Source: an uncultured Desulfobacterales bacterium (GTDB taxonomy: Bacteria; Desulfobacterota; DSM-4660; Desulfatiglandales; HGW-15). From it: 64,000 nt of DNA. The stretch is taken from assembly GCA_964450535.1 (NCBI GenBank), contig CAYVDE010000003.1, forward strand, positions 20,585 through 84,584, written 5' to 3'. Below are positions 27,022 to 35,184 of this stretch, one piece after another; the first letter of the stretch is position 1, and the number at the start of each line of letters is the position of its first letter. The translations under genes were made by a program, and so were the position numbers. Below the pieces are notes generated by a model. That model made no database searches. It was not told the DNA's origin and saw only the letters and a list, made by a program, of their open reading frames with translations.

Positions 27022-30000
27022 TTATTTGCCATGCTCCGGCAGGTCAGGCCCGGACACATCATCCATCAAGACACGAGTATAGGCGAGTGCACCGTTTTCA
27101 CCGGCGGGGTCCTGGCTTGCCGTGTTTTTCAACCGGCACTCCAGGGTGAGGAGCCATTGCTTAAGGCAGCCTGTGAGAATACTCCTGGCCCGTTTTCTGT
27201 CCAGGCGGTACTTTTCAGGTATGAATGAGAGATCCATAACATAGATCCGGTTTATGCGTCCGAGAAAACGGCAGGCGTCTAGGTCCTCCGTGGGCATCAG
27301 GGCCAGGTGGCAGAGCACGCGGTTCAGAATGGGCTTGCACTGCTTGATCTTGAATCCCTGCATTGTGTAGTTGTTTGCAAAGAGCCTCAAGGCTTCCCCG
27401 GAAGCCGGGCCCCGGTGCTGTCTTTGCGCGAGACCGGTTTGAAGCAGGAAGTAGTAAGGGGCAACCATGGAAACACGACCGGCAGTGTGGGGGAATAGGG
27501 CGGCCCTGATTTCACACAGAAGAGACGGGAGGTCGTCTTCCCCGGCTGGAAGGTCGAAAAACCTCACCTTGTCCTCTATGCCTGGGTGCCGGGCCTGTAT
27601 CCTTTTCTTCACGTCGGGTTGCGAGAGAAACGTGCATCTGCATTGCTCCCAGAAGGGCTCTTCAAAGGCCTCAACGTCCAGCTCTTCAGCTTCCTTGGGA
27701 AGAAACATGCAGCAGCACTCCCTTGGAGACCTCAGCCTGTCTGCGAGAAGGTCGGCCACGGAGAGGGCCTGTGATAAAAACAGGGGCGGCAGCGCTTCCA
27801 GTTCCTCCCGATCCACAAAAGCGATCTCCGCCGCCTGGACCAGGTGGTCCACGGCCACCACCTGCAGCACGTGCCTTTCCGGATCAAAGGGGGGGTGACG
27901 GGTCTTCCATTCCTCATGTGTCAGGATCTGCAGTTCCTGTTTCAGGGCCTTTGGAAGGCGCTCAATCCCCCCCACACCGTGTAGATTGCCCCTGGGTATA
28001 ATGAGGGTCTTGCACCCGGCGTCACTGGCTGCCTCCAGCTTTACATCCAGCCCTCCCACGGGCAGGATGCGCCCCTGGGTGTCGATTTCCCCGGTCATGG
28101 CAACGTCCCTGCGAATGGGCCGGTCCGTCAGAACCGAGGCGAGGGCCAGGCCGATGCCTCCGCCGGCCGACGGGCCGTCTTTGGGTGTGGAGGCCCCCAT
28201 GAAGTGGAGATGGATTTGAGCATTTCCCGGATCCGGGGGGATTCCCAGTTGCGCGGAGCAGTATAACACACCGGTGGTGGCGACCTTGCGGCTTTCATCC
28301 AGGATCTTTTCAATGCTGCCTGTGGCGTGGACCATGCTCAGGTACCCGTCCGACCCCTCTGTTTTTTCTCCTCCGGACGGTATGCGAGTCGCCTGTATGG
28401 GTATGATCGATCCTATACCTCGCTCCAGATTAACTCCCAGTGCCAGCATTTCCCCCACGCGGTCCTCCTCCTTTATACGCCAGGGCCTGGTGGGCGCGTC
28501 CAGGTGTTTCTTGATCATCTCGCGGTCGATACGGACGGTCTTTCGACCTTTCATCAGAATCTCTTTTCTGAAGACCCTCAGGAAAAGGGTGCGAATCACC
28601 CGCTCCAACTGACGCACGCCGGCTTCATAGGTGTAGGTCCTGATCAGGTGCCTGAGCAGGTCCTGTTCCCGGCCCGGCTCAAAGGCGATTTCATCCTCTG
28701 GGATTCGGTATCTCCGCCGGACGCGTCCCATCAGGTAGTCGCCGGCGATGGAGATCTTCTCTTCAATCCCGTATCGATCCAGCAAGATCACTTCACAGCG
28801 GTCCACTACCGCAGGAGGCACGGTCTCCAGGGTGTTGGCGGTCAGTATGAAGTGGCAGCGGGAAAGGTCGATGTCCACGGATGTCTGGGTGTACTTGTCA
28901 TGAAACAGGTGATTCTGCTCCGGATCCAGTATCTCCAGGAGCGTGGCTATGGCGAAGCGTTCGGTCTTGTCCGCCTCATCCATTATGAAGAGTCCATTCA
29001 TGACGCCCATCTTGATGAGACCCTGCACAACGGCGCCCGGTTTGGAACCTTCCCAGGTAAAGCCGTGGCCGCGCAGGTCGGCCTCGTCGCTCATGCCCCC
29101 AAGTGAGATCTTGTGATAAGGAAGGTTCAGGTTTTCGGCAAGAGAGATGGCCAGGGAGGTCTTGCCCACGCCCGGCGGGCCCACGAACAGGAAGGCGCTG
29201 CCGCTTCCGTGGCTGTCTCCGTCCTCTCCGGTCTGTGGTTGCTGGTATCGCCAGATGAGGTTTGTAAAGAAATCACAGAGGATCTCTTTGGGTCGTTTCA
29301 GGCCGTAGTGGGTCTGATCCAGCCCTTCTTCAAAGTTCTTCGGTTCAACTGTTATCTTCCGCGTTTTTCCCCAGGGTATTGCAAGGAGGGTTTCCAGGAG
29401 CTCCGTGTATTTGGGACCGCTGTGGCCTACTGCGCTCATCCTGTTCTTTTCTATCATCTCAACGGCCTGCCGCGGAAAGGCGGGATCGTTTCTGGCCTCT
29501 TCCATTCGGTCCTTAAGGCTTTTTACAGGCTCGGCGCCCGGCTTTACGCCACGGTCCGCCGTCCCTTCGGCAGGCGGCCGGGGCAGCGAGCCTGTCCCCC
29601 GCTCCTTGATGTCCGCCGCCAGATGGCTTTTGAAGAACTCGAAGTCGTCCTTTTTCTCTTCTCCCTCCAGGCTCGACTCGGGGATGTCCAGTTCGTGAAG
29701 GAGGGTGAGAAGGCCCCACCGGTCCTTGAATGCATGAAAGACCTTGCGGGCCTCCTCCTCGTCCTGATTAACGCATGCTTTGAAGAGATCCATCATGGTT
29801 TCCAGGTAATGGTTTCTTCTTCGAAGAGAGTAACGGGTATTACGGCTCCTCCGGTAGTACTCTCCCAGCAGCATACGCTTTTGGTCCGTATCCAGGAGCG
29901 GGAAGAGCTCCTCCATAAAACCGCGGGGCGTGTCCGCCAGCATCGCCACGTGGGCGCTCAGAATTTTAGCGATGAGGTAGTCGTAAGGGCGCCCTTCCTC

Positions 30001-30564
30001 TGCGGAATCAAGCAAGGCGAGGTAAGGAACTCCCTGAAGTCCATTCAACTCGTCCGCGAGGGCGTTTCTGAGCATCCTGTAAAAGGTGGGGTCTTTGTCA
30101 CGCTTTTCCATGGCAAAGACCACGTCCGAGTCGATGGTCTCGGCCTCGGTCCTTTTCGGATATAGAAGGTGCTCGATCTGATGGCGCATGAAAAATTCAG
30201 TAAAAGCGAGCATTTTGGCTTCTTCACTCGTCTTACCGCCCAGACGCGAATCCGGGTTTGTGGGTATGACAAAGGCCAGGAAGTCAAAGATGCGCTCATG
30301 AATGAGGACTCTTTTCCGTCCCGCTCTTGAGGAGACAAGGCTCACGAGGTGTATGCGGTTTTCCTCGTCCTCCAATCTCTCCAGGGACAGCTTGGAGTAG
30401 AGCCGTGCGGTAAGGGTCGCGTCTGTGACTCGTTTTTTTCTGAAATAGGGGAGGACTCTGGCACCGGCTATGGTCTCGAGGATCCGGCGCACACGCGTGA
30501 TGTCATCCTCTTCAGGCATGGGCAGGCTGTCGAGGACCTTGTGATCAAATTCCATGGGGAACAT
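27022..30564 (-). CDS. Lon-family ATP-dependent serine protease with non-canonical N-terminal (about 450 aa) and C-terminal (about 260 aa) extensions
   Basis: Start reset to ATG 30564 (GGAGGG RBS); the longer track ORF would overlap aprA. Walker A GPPGVGKTS, Walker B LFIMDEADK, catalytic Ser in PKDGPSAGG, Lys in GGLDVKLEAA. Confidence 0.85.
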   Translation of the reverse strand: MFPMEFDHKVLDSLPMPEEDDITRVRRILETIAGARVLPYFRKKRVTDATLTARLYSKLSLERLEDEENRIHLVSLVSSRAGRKRVLIHERIFDFLAFVIPTNPDSRLGGKTSEEAKMLAFTEFFMRHQIEHLLYPKRTEAETIDSDVVFAMEKRDKDPTFYRMLRNALADELNGLQGVPYLALLDSAEEGRPYDYLIAKILSAHVAMLADTPRGFMEELFPLLDTDQKRMLLGEYYRRSRNTRYSLRRRNHYLETMMDLFKACVNQDEEEARKVFHAFKDRWGLLTLLHELDIPESSLEGEEKKDDFEFFKSHLAADIKERGTGSLPRPPAEGTADRGVKPGAEPVKSLKDRMEEARNDPAFPRQAVEMIEKNRMSAVGHSGPKYTELLETLLAIPWGKTRKITVEPKNFEEGLDQTHYGLKRPKEILCDFFTNLIWRYQQPQTGEDGDSHGSGSAFLFVGPPGVGKTSLAISLAENLNLPYHKISLGGMSDEADLRGHGFTWEGSKPGAVVQGLIKMGVMNGLFIMDEADKTERFAIATLLEILDPEQNHLFHDKYTQTSVDIDLSRCHFILTANTLETVPPAVVDRCEVILLDRYGIEEKISIAGDYLMGRVRRRYRIPEDEIAFEPGREQDLLRHLIRTYTYEAGVRQLERVIRTLFLRVFRKEILMKGRKTVRIDREMIKKHLDAPTRPWRIKEEDRVGEMLALGVNLERGIGSIIPIQATRIPSGGEKTEGSDGYLSMVHATGSIEKILDESRKVATTGVLYCSAQLGIPPDPGNAQIHLHFMGASTPKDGPSAGGGIGLALASVLTDRPIRRDVAMTGEIDTQGRILPVGGLDVKLEAASDAGCKTLIIPRGNLHGVGGIERLPKALKQELQILTHEEWKTRHPPFDPERHVLQVVAVDHLVQAAEIAFVDREELEALPPLFLSQALSVADLLADRLRSPRECCCMFLPKEAEELDVEAFEEPFWEQCRCTFLSQPDVKKRIQARHPGIEDKVRFFDLPAGEDDLPSLLCEIRAALFPHTAGRVSMVAPYYFLLQTGLAQRQHRGPASGEALRLFANNYTMQGFKIKQCKPILNRVLCHLALMPTEDLDACRFLGRINRIYVMDLSFIPEKYRLDRKRARSILTGCLKQWLLTLECRLKNTASQDPAGENGALAYTRVLMDDVSGPDLPEHGK

Positions 30565-30688
30565 TGGACCCTCCTTCGGCTTCCGGCTATCCGGCGTCGC
30601 GGATGGAGACGCCTTGGGGCCTCGGCGGGGCCGGAAAAGGGTTGCAGGACGGGGGGGTGGCTGATGGGGGATGTGAGGGGGATCGAGA

Positions 30689-30722
30689 ACGACCCCGGGG
30701 GCCTCAGGCTCCCCGGGGTCGT
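30689..30722 (-). terminator. GC-rich stem-loop immediately downstream of aprA
   Basis: ACGACCCCGGGG - 10-nt loop - CCCCGGGGTCGT (perfect 12-bp stem). Starts 13 nt after the aprA stop. On the minus strand it is followed by TCTCGATCC, a weak U-tract. Confidence 0.55.
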
Positions 30723-30734
30723 GCGTAACAGGTC

Positions 30735-32696
30735 TTACATCCCCACGACCTTTTCGATCTTGACGAATCGAATGTTGGGCCTCTTGATCATTTCCCATTC
30801 ATCCTTTTCAGGGTCGTATTTTGAGTTGACAAAGACGTTTCCCCAGCCCTCTTCATCGATCTTGGGGAAATCCGAACGGTAGTAGTAACCGGGCCACCGG
30901 GTCTCTTCCCGATAGAGCTTGTGCCGCACGTGGGCCTCGGCGATATTGAGGCGGTGAACGTTTTCCCAGTAGCGCATGAGCTCATGAATGTCCCTTGCAG
31001 CCACCTTGGGGAGGTCCTCCTTACAGTATTTCAAGTACTCCAGGGCGATGTTGAGGGTGGTGGCGCTGCAGTTGTACTGCGACCCCCAGCCCGCGGCGTA
31101 CTCGTCCATGATTTTCTGGATGCGGAACATGAGCATCTTGGGGTCTATGTAGTTGGGGTTGATTTCTTCCGAGTAGGTGTAGCCGACATACTCGTCACGC
31201 ACGGAGTAATCCTTGTGGTCTTCATAAACCTTGAGAGGAGCATAGGTCTGCTGTTTGATTTCGGTCACAAAGGACTCGCTGAGCTTCGGCATGTCCGGGT
31301 TTTCCACACAGTACTTCACCGCCGCCTTGGCGGCGATCCGCCCTTCCGTGAAGGAGCCCGAGGAGAACTTGTGGCTGGAATCGCCCACCCCGTCTCCGGC
31401 CGCGAAAAGGCCTTTGATGGTGCTCATGCGGTTGTAGCCCCAAAAGTATTCGTTTTTGGACTCTCCGGTCTGCAGGTCTTCCGGGCCGCTGCACCACGCG
31501 CCGGAGGCCCCGGAGTGAGAGCCTATGAAATAGGGCTCGGAGGGCGCGATTTCCGAGGGGCCCTTCTCCGGATAGATGTTCTTCGAGGCCCACAGCATGG
31601 CCTGGCTGATGGTCATGTCCAGAAAGTCCTCCCACGCCTCCGCCTCCAGCTCCTTGAGCCTTTTCTTCTTGGTCTTCTCGTCCGGCGACTCGGACGCGAT
31701 CTTCTCTATGGCCTTGTCCGTGTGCATCAGGATGGGCCCGTCGCCTTTGACGTACATCTCCTGCATCATCAAGTGGTTTCTCAGGCAGGTGGGAATGGGT
31801 TTCACCGCGCCGTAGGGAAGCCAGTTGTGTAGCTCGCCACCCTCCTTGAGCCCTTCCGCCATGTAGTTGGTGCCGCTGGCCGAGGTGGCGGTGGCCTTGA
31901 ACAGGAGGAACCAGGCCCCCACAGGCCCATAGGCGTCCTTGAATCTGGCGGGAATAAAGATAACCTCCTGTGAGGTCATCTCGGCCCCGGCCATCTGCAT
32001 GAGTGCGGAGCTGGAGCCGGACTGCCAGGGTGGATACCAGGCCCGGCCGAGCCCTTCACCCGTCGACCGCGGTCGGAAGACATGAACCGCACCGCCCGCG
32101 GCCACCAAGGCCACCTTGCACTTGAACACGTAAAACTCGTAAGGCTCCCGCACGCCTATGCCCACCGCGCCTGCAATGCGGTCCTTGTCGTTTTCATCCA
32201 CAAGGAGTTGGGTCACGAATACACGCTCAATGATTTCTCCATCCTCACCCAGGGTCGCCATGGCGTTTTTGGCTGCTTCGGCCAGGATGAGTTTGTAGGA
32301 TTCACCGTTGATCATGAGCTGCCAGCGGCCTTCATGGACATAGTTTCCCTCTTCGTCCTTCCATATGGGAAGCCCGAATCCTTCGAACATATGCACCGAG
32401 CTGTTTACGTGGCGGGCGATGTCCATGACCAGGTCCTGGCGGCAGAGCCCCATCAGGTCCTGCTGTACGTAGCTCAGGTAGTCCACGGGCGAGTTGTTCC
32501 CGACATACTGGTTTATGGCGGACAGGCCCATGGCAACGGCCCCGCTTCGGTCAAACGCGGCCTTGTCCACCAGCGTTATTTTCTGGCCGTGCTTTTTCGC
32601 CCAGTAGGCCGCCTCCACGGCGGCTCCGCTAGCGGCCATGCCGCCGCCGATGATGAGGATGTCGGTAACTACTTCTCGAGTAGGAAAATCATTCAT
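30735..32696 (-). CDS. aprA: adenylylsulfate (APS) reductase alpha subunit
   Basis: 653 aa. FAD fold DILIIGGGMAASGAA. Overall length and adjacency to aprB are typical of dissimilatory AprA. Confidence 0.93.
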   Translation of the reverse strand: MNDFPTREVVTDILIIGGGMAASGAAVEAAYWAKKHGQKITLVDKAAFDRSGAVAMGLSAINQYVGNNSPVDYLSYVQQDLMGLCRQDLVMDIARHVNSSVHMFEGFGLPIWKDEEGNYVHEGRWQLMINGESYKLILAEAAKNAMATLGEDGEIIERVFVTQLLVDENDKDRIAGAVGIGVREPYEFYVFKCKVALVAAGGAVHVFRPRSTGEGLGRAWYPPWQSGSSSALMQMAGAEMTSQEVIFIPARFKDAYGPVGAWFLLFKATATSASGTNYMAEGLKEGGELHNWLPYGAVKPIPTCLRNHLMMQEMYVKGDGPILMHTDKAIEKIASESPDEKTKKKRLKELEAEAWEDFLDMTISQAMLWASKNIYPEKGPSEIAPSEPYFIGSHSGASGAWCSGPEDLQTGESKNEYFWGYNRMSTIKGLFAAGDGVGDSSHKFSSGSFTEGRIAAKAAVKYCVENPDMPKLSESFVTEIKQQTYAPLKVYEDHKDYSVRDEYVGYTYSEEINPNYIDPKMLMFRIQKIMDEYAAGWGSQYNCSATTLNIALEYLKYCKEDLPKVAARDIHELMRYWENVHRLNIAEAHVRHKLYREETRWPGYYYRSDFPKIDEEGWGNVFVNSKYDPEKDEWEMIKRPNIRFVKIEKVVGM

Positions 32697-32712
32697 GATA
32701 TCGCCTCCTTAC

Positions 32713-33156
32713 TTATTTTCCAAGGGTCCACAACTCATCGGCTCTAAGCGAAGCAGGTTCCGTGGCCAGCAATTGATCGTCAAGGGTTCCCGGACCGAAC
32801 CCGAACCCGCCGTCCGGGGGGGCCGCTCCTTCCGGAGTTGTACGGATCGGAAACTTGAATCGCTTCACATTCCCGTCTCTGAACTTCACGGTCCACATGA
32901 TATCTTCCGAACCTCTAAGCGGCACACAACTGGAACCCAGGGGCATGAAATCAGCGTATCCTCTCACGTCAATAGCCTGTTGAGGGCATATCTTGACACA
33001 ATTATAACATTCCCAGCACATGGCGGGCTCGCGGTTGTAGGCTTTCATCTTTTTTGTATCCAGCACCATGAGGTCGTTGGGGCAAATATACAAACAGGCG
33101 GTTTTGTCCTGCCCCTTACAACCGTCGCATTTTTCAGCAATTACAAAACTAGGCAT
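32713..33156 (-). CDS. aprB: adenylylsulfate (APS) reductase beta subunit
   Basis: Start reset to ATG 33156 (MPSFVIAEKCDGCKG; GGGAGG RBS). Two ferredoxin-type Cys clusters (CDGC...C...CP, CWECYNCVKICP) and the AprB C-terminal tail. Confidence 0.93.
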   Translation of the reverse strand: MPSFVIAEKCDGCKGQDKTACLYICPNDLMVLDTKKMKAYNREPAMCWECYNCVKICPQQAIDVRGYADFMPLGSSCVPLRGSEDIMWTVKFRDGNVKRFKFPIRTTPEGAAPPDGGFGFGPGTLDDQLLATEPASLRADELWTLGK

Positions 33157-33354
33157 ATCGAACCTCCCGTTGAATGAGGTAAAACCGTTATCGGAACTAA
33201 TCCTGCACTGTAAGGACGATAATCTATTTCCCCCTTTCTTTGATAATGGCATTGAACGGAAGACTCCCCCCTGGCTCTGAGGGGCCCTCTTTGCGAAGCG
33301 GTAAAGACCCAAAAGTAGTATTCCGCTTACACTCCATGTGGTGTGAGCAATGAA

Positions 33355-33370
33355 TGTGCCATAAGGCACA
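33355..33370. promoter_or_regulatory. CRP/FNR-family-type palindrome upstream of aprB
   Basis: TGTGC-CATAAG-GCACA (5-6-5 geometry). One position per half-site differs from TGTGA-N6-TCACA. About 200 nt upstream of the aprB ATG and adjacent to an AT-rich tract. Confidence 0.35.
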
Positions 33371-33491
33371 AGGAAGGAATGCTTTTTAAATATTAAAGCA
33401 ATATTAAATAGTTATGTGGAAGGTTGTTTTGAGGCGATTGGACATGTTTAAAAAGGTCTTTTGGTGAGAAGATCGGTTTATAAGAGAGAGT

Positions 33492-34737
33492 GGAACAAAA
33501 CAATCAATGCGTTTTTGAATAAAACGGAACCAGCGTGAATCCATAAGCATCGTGTTCCTCTTCCCTCCGCAGGCACCGGCATTTTATTTCATCGGTGCGC
33601 CTTATCACATCTACGAATTCGGACCCGAGTGGATTGTCTTGTATTTTATGCTGTTTTGCGTCTCCAATCACGGTTAATATAGTCTCATATTCTGAGCATA
33701 TATTGGCTGATTCAAATTTTATAAATGAAATATATCTGCTCTTTACGTGCTGCCATTTGCGCATACCGGTGGGGAGCCGAAGGACAGTGATGTACAAGCC
33801 CGACTCATCTGCAAACTTTTGGAGTTCGTTCTTCCACTGGGTTATGGAGTGAACGACCCCGCTTCCGCCGTCGGCAATGACCAGAAGGGCGTTGCTCCCA
33901 GGATTCGCCGGAGACCATAATGATATCCACCATCGACGGATGCTCTCCATTGCTGCCGAATAAGTGGTATCGTCCGGTGTAACAGGTCTACAGTCCGGTT
34001 CCTCCAGGATTCGGCCCTCGAACCTCTCAGGCGGTTCGTGGAGAGAAGAGGGGCCGGCGTGAAGGGGTCTGCCGCCCTCAAGCTCACTTTTTTTAATCGA
34101 AACGGATAGTACAGGCAGATTTTCCCGGTGAAAGCACCTTATGCAGTGATAAATCCTTTCGAACCATTCATGTCGATTCAGCGGAGAGACCCCTTTTGGA
34201 GCATGCGCCCTGACCTGGAATCGATAACCCATCTTATGGAGGAGCTCACCCACCATGCGATGGCTGGTGGAGTGCCTGCGTACTTTGAGCTCCTGTGCAA
34301 GCACGCGCAGGCCCTTGCATGTCCACTGCAGGGGAGGCGCCGGATTTCCGCGACTAACAGGTTCCATGAGGTGTTTCAGGTCCCGGATCAATGTGCCGTC
34401 TTTTTCGGTCTCACGCTTTCTGCCCCCACCTCTTCGCCTGGTCCGGTTTGCAAACGATACAGGAAGATTTTCCAGTTCTTCCATGCCCCGGGTGACCGTT
34501 TTACGTGAAATTCCCGTCGCCCTTGACACCGCGGTCACCCCGCCGTGGCCAATGGCCTTGGCCTCAGCTGCTGCAACAAGCCTGAGCATCCGCTCATCCA
34601 GGTGCGGTTTGAGTGCCTTAAAACGCTTGTTGATCAGGCGAAGAGTCATGACAGAAGAAAAGTGTGAGTGGATAAAAATTCGGGAAAGTTATTTCATGAC
34701 AGCTACCTAAAAAAGCATTGTTTCTCCTGTTTGTTCC
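33492..34737 (-). mobile_element. decayed ISAzo13-like insertion sequence (boundaries tentative)
   Basis: Both proposed ends read inward GGAACAAA...CAATGC..TTTTT (33492-33516 versus the reverse complement of 34709-34737), with indels. No target-site duplication found. The 3' third of the element (about 33590-33800) is visibly AT-rich relative to the rest. Confidence 0.4.
33504..34649 (-). CDS. ISAzo13-family transposase homolog, shortened and probably inactive
   Basis: N-terminal MTLRLINKRFKALKPHLDERMLRLVAAAEAKAIGHGGVTAVSRATGISRKTVTRG and central ESIRRWW...LLVIADGGSG...WKNELQKFADESGL match the family. The region expected to carry the first catalytic Asp is shortened. The PPGTSKWNKIEHR box reads LPTGMRKWQHVKSR. 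Confidence 0.65.
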   Translation of the reverse strand: MTLRLINKRFKALKPHLDERMLRLVAAAEAKAIGHGGVTAVSRATGISRKTVTRGMEELENLPVSFANRTRRRGGGRKRETEKDGTLIRDLKHLMEPVSRGNPAPPLQWTCKGLRVLAQELKVRRHSTSHRMVGELLHKMGYRFQVRAHAPKGVSPLNRHEWFERIYHCIRCFHRENLPVLSVSIKKSELEGGRPLHAGPSSLHEPPERFEGRILEEPDCRPVTPDDTTYSAAMESIRRWWISLWSPANPGSNALLVIADGGSGVVHSITQWKNELQKFADESGLYITVLRLPTGMRKWQHVKSRYISFIKFESANICSEYETILTVIGDAKQHKIQDNPLGSEFVDVIRRTDEIKCRCLRREEEHDAYGFTLVPFYSKTH

Positions 34738-34768
34738 CCTGATTGGAGCGTCCCTTGGGCGACATTGA

Positions 34769-34834
34769 AAAACGTTATAGTAACGTTTTATCCGGCCTGG
34801 TTTCGGGCAAAGTAACGTTACTTTGCCCGAAACC
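34769..34834. repeat. two adjacent palindromes sharing a GTAACGTT core
   Basis: AAAACGTTA-tag-TAACGTTTT (34769-34789), and the perfect 36-bp palindrome GGTTTCGGGCAAAGTAAC|GTTACTTTGCCCGAAACC (34799-34834). Confidence 0.7.
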
Positions 34835-35184
34835 GTTTGGCTTCCCCCCGCTGAAACCGGCATACTGACTTCACGCGGACCGCATGGCCTAACAATGAAC
34901 GAAAGGCCCGCTTGACGGCCTTTCCGAGGAAAACCAAGCGGCCCGCAATAGCTTAGACTAAAAGACCTGCAACATAGGGGCCAGATATCATTACTCCTAT
35001 GAATCAAGAAGTGTCATTTCTATTGTGGCACGGATCATGCTTAAAGAGTGTATTGGGAGAAGAACTTGGCATAACCTCCTGATGAGTGTTCTCCTTCCTT
35101 CGGGGCAGGTCGATCCTCGGTGTGGCGCGCCGGCGATCGGCCTGTCTTTTTGGGGCGGGGCATTTGAATGATGATCCGAATGCG

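Noticed and set aside
28327-30165. Long plus-strand ORFs (259 and 350 aa) antisense to the Lon-like gene. Similar cases: 4247-5068, 6711-7712, 10667-11425, 30921-31832, 32082-32747, 35407-36039, 41316-42092, 60046-60852.
   Set aside because: These are typical shadow ORFs of a high-GC genome. They have Arg/Gly/Pro/Ala-rich low-complexity translations, no RBS and no recognisable motifs. Each opposes a gene with strong family signatures.
30565-30798. 5' extension of the Lon-like ORF (track start 30798) and the analogous extension of aprB (to 33369)
   Set aside because: - The Lon extension would overlap the aprA 3' end and run through the terminator hairpin. An internal ATG has a GGAGGG RBS and begins the conserved protein.
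- The aprB extension adds 71 non-homologous residues upstream of the canonical MPSFVIAEKCDGC start, which has its own RBS.
35079-35086. CTGATGAG, the hammerhead-ribozyme core motif, in the non-coding stretch downstream of the GMP-synthase-B gene
   Set aside because: No GAAA/CGAAAC box or the required three-helix junction within a plausible distance. The nearest CGAAAC is about 250 nt away, inside the 36-bp palindrome. An 8-mer match is expected by chance.
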